32,000 bases of DNA from Breznakia sp. PF5-3 (lineage in GTDB: Bacteria; Bacillota_I; Bacilli_A; Erysipelotrichales; Erysipelotrichaceae). The DNA is taken from NCBI RefSeq assembly GCF_029504745.1, contig NZ_JAQFIQ010000023.1, positions 5,836 through 37,835 of the forward strand, given 5' to 3'. This document shows, piece after piece, positions 19,604-27,056 of this stretch; the stretch's first letter is position 1, and each line of letters begins with the position of its first letter. Made by a program: the position numbers and the translations under genes. The notes under the pieces are model-generated. The model worked only from the letters and a program-made list of their open reading frames with translations, was not told where the DNA came from and made no database searches.

Positions 19604-19632
19604 GAAAGTCCAGTATTTAAGGGCTTTTTTTT
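19604..19632 (+). terminator. possible terminator downstream of mscL
   Basis: AAGTCC-N9-GGGCTT (one G-U pair) followed by a T8 run. An AT-only hairpin GTATTAATT/AATTAATAC lies at 19503-19530 just after the stop codon. Confidence 0.45.
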
Positions 19633-19715
19633 AAATATGTGAAAGTTTGGGATAAGGTTGAGGGATTGAACTTAATGTGCTAAAATTGCTATTGTAAAAT
19701 CAAAGGAGTGAGAAA

Positions 19716-21191
19716 ATGGATTCCAAGAAAAAATTCATAGAACAAATCAATGATTTTAAACAATTAGGGATTAATAAAATCAATGACACTAAAAATTATT
19801 TAGGACCTGTATTTAAAAAAGGTACTGATATATTGATAAAGGCTGTTAGTTCTTGCCTTGTGAAAGCTGGAGTGGCTTACAAAGAGTTAGAAACATTATG
19901 TATTCGTGTTGCTAATGCTTGTGGAGTAAAGGCGGCTGTAGCGTATAAAGAACTTGAACCAGTAGTTATTAGAGCTGTGAAAAACTTTGCAACTGTAATG
20001 CAAACTGGAGCAAAAAATGCTGTGGAACGTATCGAAGCTAAATTTGGGAAGATTCACTTTGACTTCCGTCACTTTGTAATGACAAGTGGTGTAGCAGTAG
20101 TTGTATTTGCATTGACATTCACTGTAACAGGTATGAATCGTTCAAAAGTAAGTGCCGCTGTATTAGAACCACAAGAAGTTGAAGCATATAACAATGAAGT
20201 AATTGAAATCAACTATGGTGATGACAGTGCAATTGTAGATGTTGTGAAAGATATCTTGGCAGATGACACAGGAAATGTGAATAATGCAGAAGCTGTTACA
20301 TTAGCTGATGGATCAGTAGGATACGAAATTGGTAATTATGTAGTAGAAGTTGAACAAGAACCTACAAAAGAATTAAAAGAAGATGAAATTACTATTAAAG
20401 TTCAAACAAAAGAAACTTATGTAGCTGATGAATTTGGGAAAGTGGAAATTACAGAACCTGAAAAAGTGAGTGAAAAAGTAGATGGAGCAGTATATACATA
20501 TAAGTTAGATGTACAATATGTAGATACACAAGCGCCAGTAATTAATTTAAAAACTAATGAAGTTGAAATTGATGATGTAGATAACTTTAATCCAAAGAAA
20601 TTTGTTAACACGATTGCAGATAACTACGATGGTGATATTACAAATTATACAATCGATGGAGAAGTAGAAATTAAAGACGAAGACAGATGGGAACCAGGTG
20701 AATATACATTAGTATATAAAGCAAAAGACTCAAATGGAAACGTTGGAGAAGCAAAATTAAAAGTTATCGTTAATGAAACAGAAGATGAGGAAGAAGAAGC
20801 AGAAGCTACTGAAGTTTCATCAACTGATTACAATACTGATAACGAAGTGAATAGTGCACCTAGTTATGAAAATGCAGGTTCTATTGTAGCAGCAGCTATG
20901 GCTCAAATTGGTGTTGCTCAAGACTGTACAATGCTAGTAACAAATTCACTTAGAGCAGTTGGAATTAACTTCCATAGTGCACCAGCTGGATATATGTCAT
21001 TAGGTACAATTGTTTCTGTATCAGAAGCACAACCTGGAGATATCATCTACTATGCTGATGGTGGAGCTGGAGTACCTCATGTTGCGATTTATATCGGTGG
21101 TGGACAAGCAGTTCACGGTGGATACATGGGAACTACAAGAGTTGCATCTGCATGGATGGGTTCAGGATTCGTAGTAATTCGTGTACAATAA
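19716..21191 (+). CDS. membrane-anchored NlpC/P60 (C40) cell-wall hydrolase with Ig-like middle domain
   Basis: The C-terminus has a QDCTMLV nucleophile-Cys context and GDIIYYADGG..PHVAIYIGGGQAVHGG His motifs. A single TM lies at about aa 119-140. The segment DTQAPVI...YTLVYKAKDSNGN..KLKVIV resembles a DUF5011/bacterial Ig-like domain. Confidence 0.85.
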   Translation: MDSKKKFIEQINDFKQLGINKINDTKNYLGPVFKKGTDILIKAVSSCLVKAGVAYKELETLCIRVANACGVKAAVAYKELEPVVIRAVKNFATVMQTGAKNAVERIEAKFGKIHFDFRHFVMTSGVAVVVFALTFTVTGMNRSKVSAAVLEPQEVEAYNNEVIEINYGDDSAIVDVVKDILADDTGNVNNAEAVTLADGSVGYEIGNYVVEVEQEPTKELKEDEITIKVQTKETYVADEFGKVEITEPEKVSEKVDGAVYTYKLDVQYVDTQAPVINLKTNEVEIDDVDNFNPKKFVNTIADNYDGDITNYTIDGEVEIKDEDRWEPGEYTLVYKAKDSNGNVGEAKLKVIVNETEDEEEEAEATEVSSTDYNTDNEVNSAPSYENAGSIVAAAMAQIGVAQDCTMLVTNSLRAVGINFHSAPAGYMSLGTIVSVSEAQPGDIIYYADGGAGVPHVAIYIGGGQAVHGGYMGTTRVASAWMGSGFVVIRVQ

Positions 21192-21196
21192 GAATT

Positions 21197-21222
21197 AAAG
21201 GCTTATAAATAAGCCTTTTTTT
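21197..21222 (+). terminator. rho-independent terminator
   Basis: AAAGGCTTA-taaa-TAAGCCTTT followed by a T-run. Confidence 0.8.
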
Positions 21223-21382
21223 ATTGAAAATTTAAAAGCAATTATCTTTCATAATAATAATGCAGTTGTATTCTTATATGAGATAAGATAATTGTTTTTA
21301 TTTTCTTATTTTTTTTACTATAAAGGATAGATATTAAAGGGAAAATGAATTATAATTATTAGGACGTGCTAAGGAGAATACC

Positions 21383-22648
21383 ATGAAGGAAATTATACAA
21401 ATCGAAGGTGGACATAAGCTAAGTGGAACCGTTCGTATTTCTGGTTCGAAGAATGCTACAGTTGCATTAATTCCAGCTGCTATCTTATCAGATGAACCAG
21501 TTACAATTGTAGGTGTACCAGAAATTGCTGATGTTAAATCTTTAAAAATATTATTGGAAGAACTTGATGTAAAAGTTATTATGAAAGGGACGGATCATAT
21601 TGTAATTGATTCAAGTGAAATGAAAAACAAACCTATGGATAGTGAGACGGTTACAAAATTAAGAGCATCTTACTATTTTATGGGAGTTTTATTGACGAAA
21701 TATAAACGTGTAGCAATTAAGATGCCTGGTGGATGTTATTTAGGTCCTAGACCAATCGATTTGCATTTAAAGGGCTTTGAAGCTTTAGGCGCAAGTGTCA
21801 GATATGAAGAAGGTTGCTATATTATTGAAGCAGAAGAGTTAATTGGCGATAAGATATTCTTAGATATCTCTAGTGTTGGAGCGACGATTAATATAATGAC
21901 AGCAGCTATTTTTGCTAAAGGAAAGACAACGATTGAAAATGCTGCCAAAGAACCAGAAATTATTGATATTGCAACATTGTTAAATAAGATGGGTGCAAAG
22001 ATTCGTGGTATGGGAACGAATGTGATTACAATTACTGGTGTGGAGTCATTGCATGGTTGTTTCCATGAGATTATTCCAGATCGTATTGAAGCTGCTACAT
22101 ATCTTACCTTAGCTGCTACTGCAGGGAATAATGTAACAATTGAAAATATCATTCCTCAGCATTTAGATGGATTGATTTCAAAATTAGAAGATATTGGTGT
22201 TGATTTAGATGTTGATGTTGATAAAGTTGTGGTTCATGGAAGAAATAAGATACTTAAACCAGTAGATATTAAAACGGGACCATATCCAGGGTTTGCTACT
22301 GACATGCAACAACCTCTGACAACTCTTTTAACGCAGTGTGAAGGTCAATCAGTGGTAACTGAAACAATTTATACAGAACGTTTTAAACATTGTTATGAAT
22401 TGAATAAGATGGGTGCCAATATTGATGTGATATCTTCAAGTTCATTTGTTAATGGACCAACACCGCTTACTGGAACAAGTGTAGAAGCAACTGATTTACG
22501 TTGTGGTGCTAGTTTGGTAATTGCAGGTTTGATTGCTAAAGGAACAACAGAGATTCATGAAATCTATCATATTGAGAGAGGTTATGAAAATATTGTAGGA
22601 AAACTTCGCGATCTTGGTGCTGTTATTCGTAAAATAACAGTGGATTAA
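21383..22648 (+). CDS. murA: UDP-N-acetylglucosamine 1-carboxyvinyltransferase
   Basis: Full-length MurA pattern (ISGSKNA, active-site loop PGGCYLGPRPIDLH with the catalytic Cys). AGGAG RBS. Confidence 0.95.
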   Translation: MKEIIQIEGGHKLSGTVRISGSKNATVALIPAAILSDEPVTIVGVPEIADVKSLKILLEELDVKVIMKGTDHIVIDSSEMKNKPMDSETVTKLRASYYFMGVLLTKYKRVAIKMPGGCYLGPRPIDLHLKGFEALGASVRYEEGCYIIEAEELIGDKIFLDISSVGATINIMTAAIFAKGKTTIENAAKEPEIIDIATLLNKMGAKIRGMGTNVITITGVESLHGCFHEIIPDRIEAATYLTLAATAGNNVTIENIIPQHLDGLISKLEDIGVDLDVDVDKVVVHGRNKILKPVDIKTGPYPGFATDMQQPLTTLLTQCEGQSVVTETIYTERFKHCYELNKMGANIDVISSSSFVNGPTPLTGTSVEATDLRCGASLVIAGLIAKGTTEIHEIYHIERGYENIVGKLRDLGAVIRKITVD

Positions 22649-22751
22649 GCAATTCGTGTTAAAATACTTGAATTATAATGAAATTATAGTATAATAAATA
22701 AGCACTTACTTTAAGCTCGCAAAGAGTTTAAGGCGGAAGGAGATGAATGTT

Positions 22752-22955
22752 ATGAAAAAAGGAATACATCCAGAATATCATAAAATTACAGTTAAATGTT
22801 CAACATGTGGAACAGAGTTTGAAACAGGATCTACAGCAAAAGATTTAAAAGTTGATACTTGTTCAAATTGTCACCCATTCTATACAGGAAGACAACGTTT
22901 CGCAGCTGCACAAGGACGTGTAGAGAAGTTTAACAAGAAATACGGTATAAAATAA
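22752..22955 (+). CDS. rpmE: 50S ribosomal protein L31 (zinc-binding type A)
   Basis: MKKGIHPEY start with CSTCG...[10 protein letters not shown] (CxxC...CxxC). The ATG at 22752 is well spaced from the GGAAGGAG RBS. The track start at 22743 abuts the RBS. Confidence 0.93.
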   Translation: MKKGIHPEYHKITVKCSTCGTEFETGSTAKDLKVDTCSNCHPFYTGRQRFAAAQGRVEKFNKKYGIK

Positions 22956-22956
22956 A

Positions 22957-22990
22957 GAAAGCAAAGATGAAAATCTTTGCTTTTTCTTTT
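22957..22990 (+). terminator. rho-independent terminator after rpmE
   Basis: AAAGCAAAGAT-gaaa-ATCTTTGCTTT followed by TTCTTTTT. Confidence 0.8.
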
Positions 22991-23071
22991 TCATTATAAT
23001 AAAAATGATTAAAGTATAGAATTATTGAGTAAAATATATTATGCTTAGCTTAAGTAACAATAGGAGGACTT

Positions 23072-23746
23072 ATGAAATACAAAATAGTTGGAGAACCATT
23101 GCCTACCGTTCTTTGTGATTTAGAACCGGGCGAAGTCATGATTAGTGAGAATGGAGGAAGATCTTGGGTAAAAGGTGATATCACTACCGAAACCAAAGGT
23201 GGAGGTGCTGGAAAGATGTTTGGTCGTATGATGAGTGGCGAAAGTTTATTCTTGAGTCATTATACAGCTGTAACGCATGCTCAAATAGCATTTTCATCAT
23301 CATTTCCAGGGTCAATTAGAGCAGTTGAATTAGCATCAGGACAAAGCATTATCTGTCAAAAAACAGCCTTTTTAGCAGCAACCGAAGGGGTAGAGTTATC
23401 AACTTTCATTCAACGTAAGCTAGGAGCTGGATTCTTTGGCGGAGAAGGATTTATAATGCAAAAGGTTACAGGACCTGGAACGGCATTTATTGAACTTGAT
23501 GGATACTCTGTTGAATATGATTTAGCTGATGGAGAGAAACTGGTTTGTGATACTGGAGTAGTTTCTATGATGGATGAGACTTGTAAATTAGAAATTGAAA
23601 AAGTAAAAGGTTTAAAGAATAAAGTGTTAGGTGGAGAAGGATTTTTTGACACGGTTGTATATGGTCCAGGAAAAGTAACAGTACAAACGATGACAGCTGG
23701 TGGATTAGCAGCAACATTAATCCCATTTTTACCACAAGGTAAATAA
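23072..23746 (+). CDS. TIGR00266/AIM24 (DUF124) family protein
   Basis: Pattern typical of the family: MKYKIVGEPLP..L.PGE....ENGG, GESLF, FFGGEGFIMQK..GPG.AFIE..G and GGEGFFDT.VYGPGKV.VQT. Confidence 0.78.
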   Translation: MKYKIVGEPLPTVLCDLEPGEVMISENGGRSWVKGDITTETKGGGAGKMFGRMMSGESLFLSHYTAVTHAQIAFSSSFPGSIRAVELASGQSIICQKTAFLAATEGVELSTFIQRKLGAGFFGGEGFIMQKVTGPGTAFIELDGYSVEYDLADGEKLVCDTGVVSMMDETCKLEIEKVKGLKNKVLGGEGFFDTVVYGPGKVTVQTMTAGGLAATLIPFLPQGK

Positions 23747-23844
23747 TTGATAAGAAATATCATAAGAATTAGAAAGAAGATTAATAAAGCGATAAATTTA
23801 GAGTGCTTATAATCAAAAAGTAAAAAAATTGATTGTCTAAATAG

Positions 23845-23871
23845 AAGAGATGGATAAATTCCATCTTTTTT
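23845..23871 (+). terminator. rho-independent terminator
   Basis: AAGAGATGGA-taaat-TCCATCTTTT followed by a T-run. Confidence 0.75.
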
Positions 23872-23890
23872 AATAAAATGCTTTATAGCG

Positions 23891-23899
23891 TGGTATAAT
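23891..23899 (+). promoter_or_regulatory. extended -10 promoter element for prfA-prmC
   Basis: TGgTATAAT at 23891-23899, about 35 nt upstream of the prfA start. Confidence 0.5.
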
Positions 23900-23935
23900 A
23901 ATAACGTCGAAATTATCGTGAGAGGAGTTTTATAT

Positions 23936-25009
23936 ATGAGTGCAATGATAGAGCGTTTAGAGAAGATAGAACAGCGATATCAAGAAATAAGTGAATTGAT
24001 GATGAGTCCAGAAGTTTTAAGTGACAACCGACAACTAGCAAAATTGGGGAAAGAACAGTCTTCAATTGCACAGGTTGTTGAAACATATTCTCATTTAAAG
24101 AGTGTTTTACAAGGAATTGAAGATGCAACGGAACTAGAAAAAGAAAATGATCCTGAAGTGAAGGAAATGGCAAAGATGGAATTAGAAGAATTGCTTCCTC
24201 AAAAGCAGGAGTTACTTGATAAATTGGAAATTTTATTGATTCCCAAAGATCCAGCTGATCAAAATAATGCTATCATGGAAATTCGTGGTGCAGCTGGGGG
24301 AGATGAAGGAAATATCTTCGCTGGTGATTTGTATAGAATGTATGTGAAATATGCAGAGAGCAAAGGATGGAAAACGGAAATTATTGAAATGTCGGAAAGT
24401 GAAGCAGGTGGTTTCACAAGGGTTGCTTTTATGGTAAAAGGACCTGAAGTATATGGACATTTAAAATTTGAGAGTGGTTCTCATCGTGTTCAACGGGTAC
24501 CTAAAACGGAAACGCAAGGACGCGTACATACTTCTACAGCAACAGTTCTTGTCGATCCAGAGATTGAAGAAGATGAAATTGATATTGATCCTAATGATTT
24601 AGAAATTGATACAATGCGTGCAAGTGGAGCTGGAGGACAGCATGTTAACAAAACGGATTCTGCAGTTCGTGTAACACATATTCCAACAGGGATATCAGTA
24701 AAGTGTCAGGATGGACGAAGCCAGCATGAAAATCGTGCTACTGCATTGATGACGATTCGTGCAAAGGTATATACAGAGATGAAGCGCAAAGAGGAAGAAG
24801 AACGTAATGCAGAGCGGAAAAGTAAACTTGGAACAGGGGATCGAAGTGAAAAAATCCGTACATACAATTATCCTCAAAACCGTGTAACTGATCATCGTAT
24901 TGGTTTAACATTACAACAACTTGATCGTATTATGGAAGGAAAGCTTGATGATGTTATCAATGCCCTTCTTGAACAAGATCAAAAGGATAAACTTGCAGGT
25001 AATGCATAA
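23936..25009 (+). CDS. prfA: peptide chain release factor 1
   Basis: GGQ motif (SGAGGQHVNKTDSAVR) and an RF1-type PxT tripeptide (PKT). The ATG at 23936 follows a GAGAGGAG RBS. The track GTG is at 23918. Confidence 0.96.
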   Translation: MSAMIERLEKIEQRYQEISELMMSPEVLSDNRQLAKLGKEQSSIAQVVETYSHLKSVLQGIEDATELEKENDPEVKEMAKMELEELLPQKQELLDKLEILLIPKDPADQNNAIMEIRGAAGGDEGNIFAGDLYRMYVKYAESKGWKTEIIEMSESEAGGFTRVAFMVKGPEVYGHLKFESGSHRVQRVPKTETQGRVHTSTATVLVDPEIEEDEIDIDPNDLEIDTMRASGAGGQHVNKTDSAVRVTHIPTGISVKCQDGRSQHENRATALMTIRAKVYTEMKRKEEEERNAERKSKLGTGDRSEKIRTYNYPQNRVTDHRIGLTLQQLDRIMEGKLDDVINALLEQDQKDKLAGNA

Positions 25010-25866
25010 TGAAATATAAAGTAGCTTTAAAAGAAGCACAGAAAAAATGTATGGAAGCAGGTATTGGTGAGCAGGCACCATTCTTTCTGTTACTGGAGCT
25101 ATCGAATAAAGAAGCACATAATCTATATATGGAATATGAAGAAGAGATGGAAGATTGTTTGCTTCAAGAGTATCTACAGAAAGTAGAACGTTTATTAACA
25201 CATGAACCATTAGATCACATTTTAGGATACAGTTATTTTTATGGATATCAATTTTTAGTAAATGAAGATGTATTGATTCCCCGCCCCGAAACGGAGGAGT
25301 TGGTTGCGCATATTCTAAGTGCTTATGACGATTACTTTCCTAACGAAGAAGTACAAGTTATCGATGTAGGGACAGGAAGTGGAGCAATTGCAATTGCTTT
25401 AAAATTAGAAGAGAAGAAACTTCAGGTAGCAGCAAGTGATATTAGTGTAGAAGCTGTTGAGATGGCAAAAAAGAATGCTGATAAGCTAGATGCCAATGTG
25501 GCTTTTATGGTAGGAAATATGTTAGATCCTTTTATTGAACAGGGATTAAAAACGGATATCTTAATAAGCAATCCTCCATATATTCCCAAAGCTGAAGTTA
25601 TGGAAGAAAGTGTTGTTAATTTTGAACCACATGTTGCATTGTTTGGTGGTGATGATGGTTTAAAATTCTATCATGAAATCTTTAAGAATGCACATAAAGT
25701 ATTAAAAGAAAAAAGCTTTTTAGCGTTTGAAATAGGGTATGATCAAAAAGTTGCCTTGAAAGCTTTAGCAAAAGAATATTTTGTAGATGCAAAGATTGAA
25801 GTATATCAAGATATAAATGGAAAAGATCGGATGTTATTCATCTATAATAATATAAAGATACAATAA
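25009..25866 (+). CDS. prmC: release factor glutamine N5-methyltransferase
   Basis: SAM-binding motif VIDVGTGSGAIA and catalytic NPPY (ISNPPYI). The start overlaps the prfA stop (TAATG), indicating translational coupling. Confidence 0.92.
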   Translation: MKYKVALKEAQKKCMEAGIGEQAPFFLLLELSNKEAHNLYMEYEEEMEDCLLQEYLQKVERLLTHEPLDHILGYSYFYGYQFLVNEDVLIPRPETEELVAHILSAYDDYFPNEEVQVIDVGTGSGAIAIALKLEEKKLQVAASDISVEAVEMAKKNADKLDANVAFMVGNMLDPFIEQGLKTDILISNPPYIPKAEVMEESVVNFEPHVALFGGDDGLKFYHEIFKNAHKVLKEKSFLAFEIGYDQKVALKALAKEYFVDAKIEVYQDINGKDRMLFIYNNIKIQ

Positions 25867-25879
25867 GTGAGGTAATCAT

Positions 25880-26311
25880 ATGAAAAAACTAATATTTGGG
25901 TGTAGCTTACTTTTGCTCTTGGTAGCTTGTGGAAGTGAATCAGACTATTATGTATGTAAATATAATGATAGAGAGACTAAAGCTACTATGAATATTGAGT
26001 ATAATGATGATAATGAAATTACCAATATTACAATTGAAAGTAAACAAGAAATAGATAAAGCTACATTAGATGAAGTTGGTGAGAATAACTTTAATGATTA
26101 CTGGGCTAAAAATGCATCTTCTATTGAACGAGATGGTGTGGATGTTGAATCTGATTATGATGAATCAACAAAGATGGCAAGTTTAACAATTACAATAGAT
26201 ATTAGTAAATTACCAGATCAAGATCGTTCTATTTTCTTGATTCCAGATGATTTAAAAGTAAAAGATATGATTCGCAATATTGAAGATATTGATTATGTTT
26301 GTAACGACTAA
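25880..26311 (+). CDS. putative lipoprotein (possibly YehR/DUF1307-like)
   Basis: MKKLIFGCSLLLLLVAC/GSES signal peptide plus lipobox. The DUF1307 resemblance is only a by-eye impression. Confidence 0.72.
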   Translation: MKKLIFGCSLLLLLVACGSESDYYVCKYNDRETKATMNIEYNDDNEITNITIESKQEIDKATLDEVGENNFNDYWAKNASSIERDGVDVESDYDESTKMASLTITIDISKLPDQDRSIFLIPDDLKVKDMIRNIEDIDYVCND

Positions 26312-26313
26312 AA

Positions 26314-26343
26314 AAAGACCATGCGCATAAACGCATGGTCTTT
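26314..26343 (+). terminator. rho-independent terminator
   Basis: AAAGACCATGCG-cataaa-CGCATGGTCTTT. A strong 12-bp stem with a short T tract. Confidence 0.7.
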
Positions 26344-26430
26344 GCTATTCTATGTCTCTTATTCTAAAGATTTCTTAAAAGGATCGCATAAGAAATGGGT
26401 AAGATTGTCATAAAGGAGTCCCAGACATAA

Positions 26431-26553
26431 TTAAGTTAGCTTTAACTAACTATACACATAATATATCATATTGATTTGGTTGTCAACTAAAAAGTTAAAA
26501 AGTTAGAAAAAGTTAACTAAATTATTGACAATGTAGTTAGCTGGTGCTAACAT
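26431..26553 (+). promoter_or_regulatory. feo operon promoter with two DtxR-like inverted-repeat operators
   Basis: TTGACA (26525-26530), a 17-nt spacer, then TAACAT (26548-26553). Inverted repeats AGTTAG-N6-CTAACT (26434-26451) and AGTTAG-N6-CTAACA (26535-26552). The second repeat covers the spacer and -10. Three AAAAAGTTA repeats lie at 26489-26515. Confidence 0.5.
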
Positions 26554-26593
26554 ATATCTGTAAAAGTAAAACTTATGAGAGGATGATGTATAT

Positions 26594-26806
26594 ATGCCGT
26601 TAGTTATTGCACCGATTGGAAAAAGCGTTAAAATTTTAAAATGTCACTTAGATGATAAAACAAGTAAGCATTTGCAAAATCTAGGATTGCTTCCTGGAGC
26701 AGAAGTCGTTGTTGTAAAGGAAAATAGTGGGGATGTCATTGTCCAAATCAAGGAATCTAGAATTGCTTTGAATAAGCAATTAGCTAGAAAAATTCTTGTT
26801 GCATAA
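26594..26806 (+). CDS. feoA: ferrous iron transport protein A (FeoA domain)
   Basis: 70-aa SH3-like FeoA pattern (..GLLPGAEVVVVKE..GDVIVQIKESRIAL..). First gene of the feo cluster. GAGAGGA RBS. Confidence 0.88.
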   Translation: MPLVIAPIGKSVKILKCHLDDKTSKHLQNLGLLPGAEVVVVKENSGDVIVQIKESRIALNKQLARKILVA

Positions 26807-26826
26807 GCGTTACGGGGAGGACGAAA

Positions 26827-27045
26827 ATGAGACTAAAAGAAGTAGCACCTGGAGATACGGTTACAGTGAAAAAGGTTCATGGTGAAGGACCAATCCGTAG
26901 AAGAATTTTTGATATGGGAATTACACCTAGAACCAAAATTTATGTTCGTAAAGTTGCTCCATTAGGAGACCCGATAGAAATAACAGTTCGTAATTATGAG
27001 TTATCTTTAAGAAAAGATGAAGCTCAAGAGATTGAAGTTGAATAG
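26827..27045 (+). CDS. feoA: ferrous iron transport protein A (second FeoA)
   Basis: 72-aa FeoA pattern (RRRIFDMGITPRTKIYVRKVAPLGDPIEI.V). GGGGAGGA RBS. Confidence 0.9.
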   Translation: MRLKEVAPGDTVTVKKVHGEGPIRRRIFDMGITPRTKIYVRKVAPLGDPIEITVRNYELSLRKDEAQEIEVE

Positions 27046-27056
27046 GGGGAGCAATG

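Noticed and set aside
21240-21293. Inverted repeat AATTATCT...AGATAATT upstream of murA
   Set aside because: The arms are only 8 bp and AT-only, with a 38-nt spacer. The extension is imperfect. This is expected by chance in AT-rich intergenic DNA.
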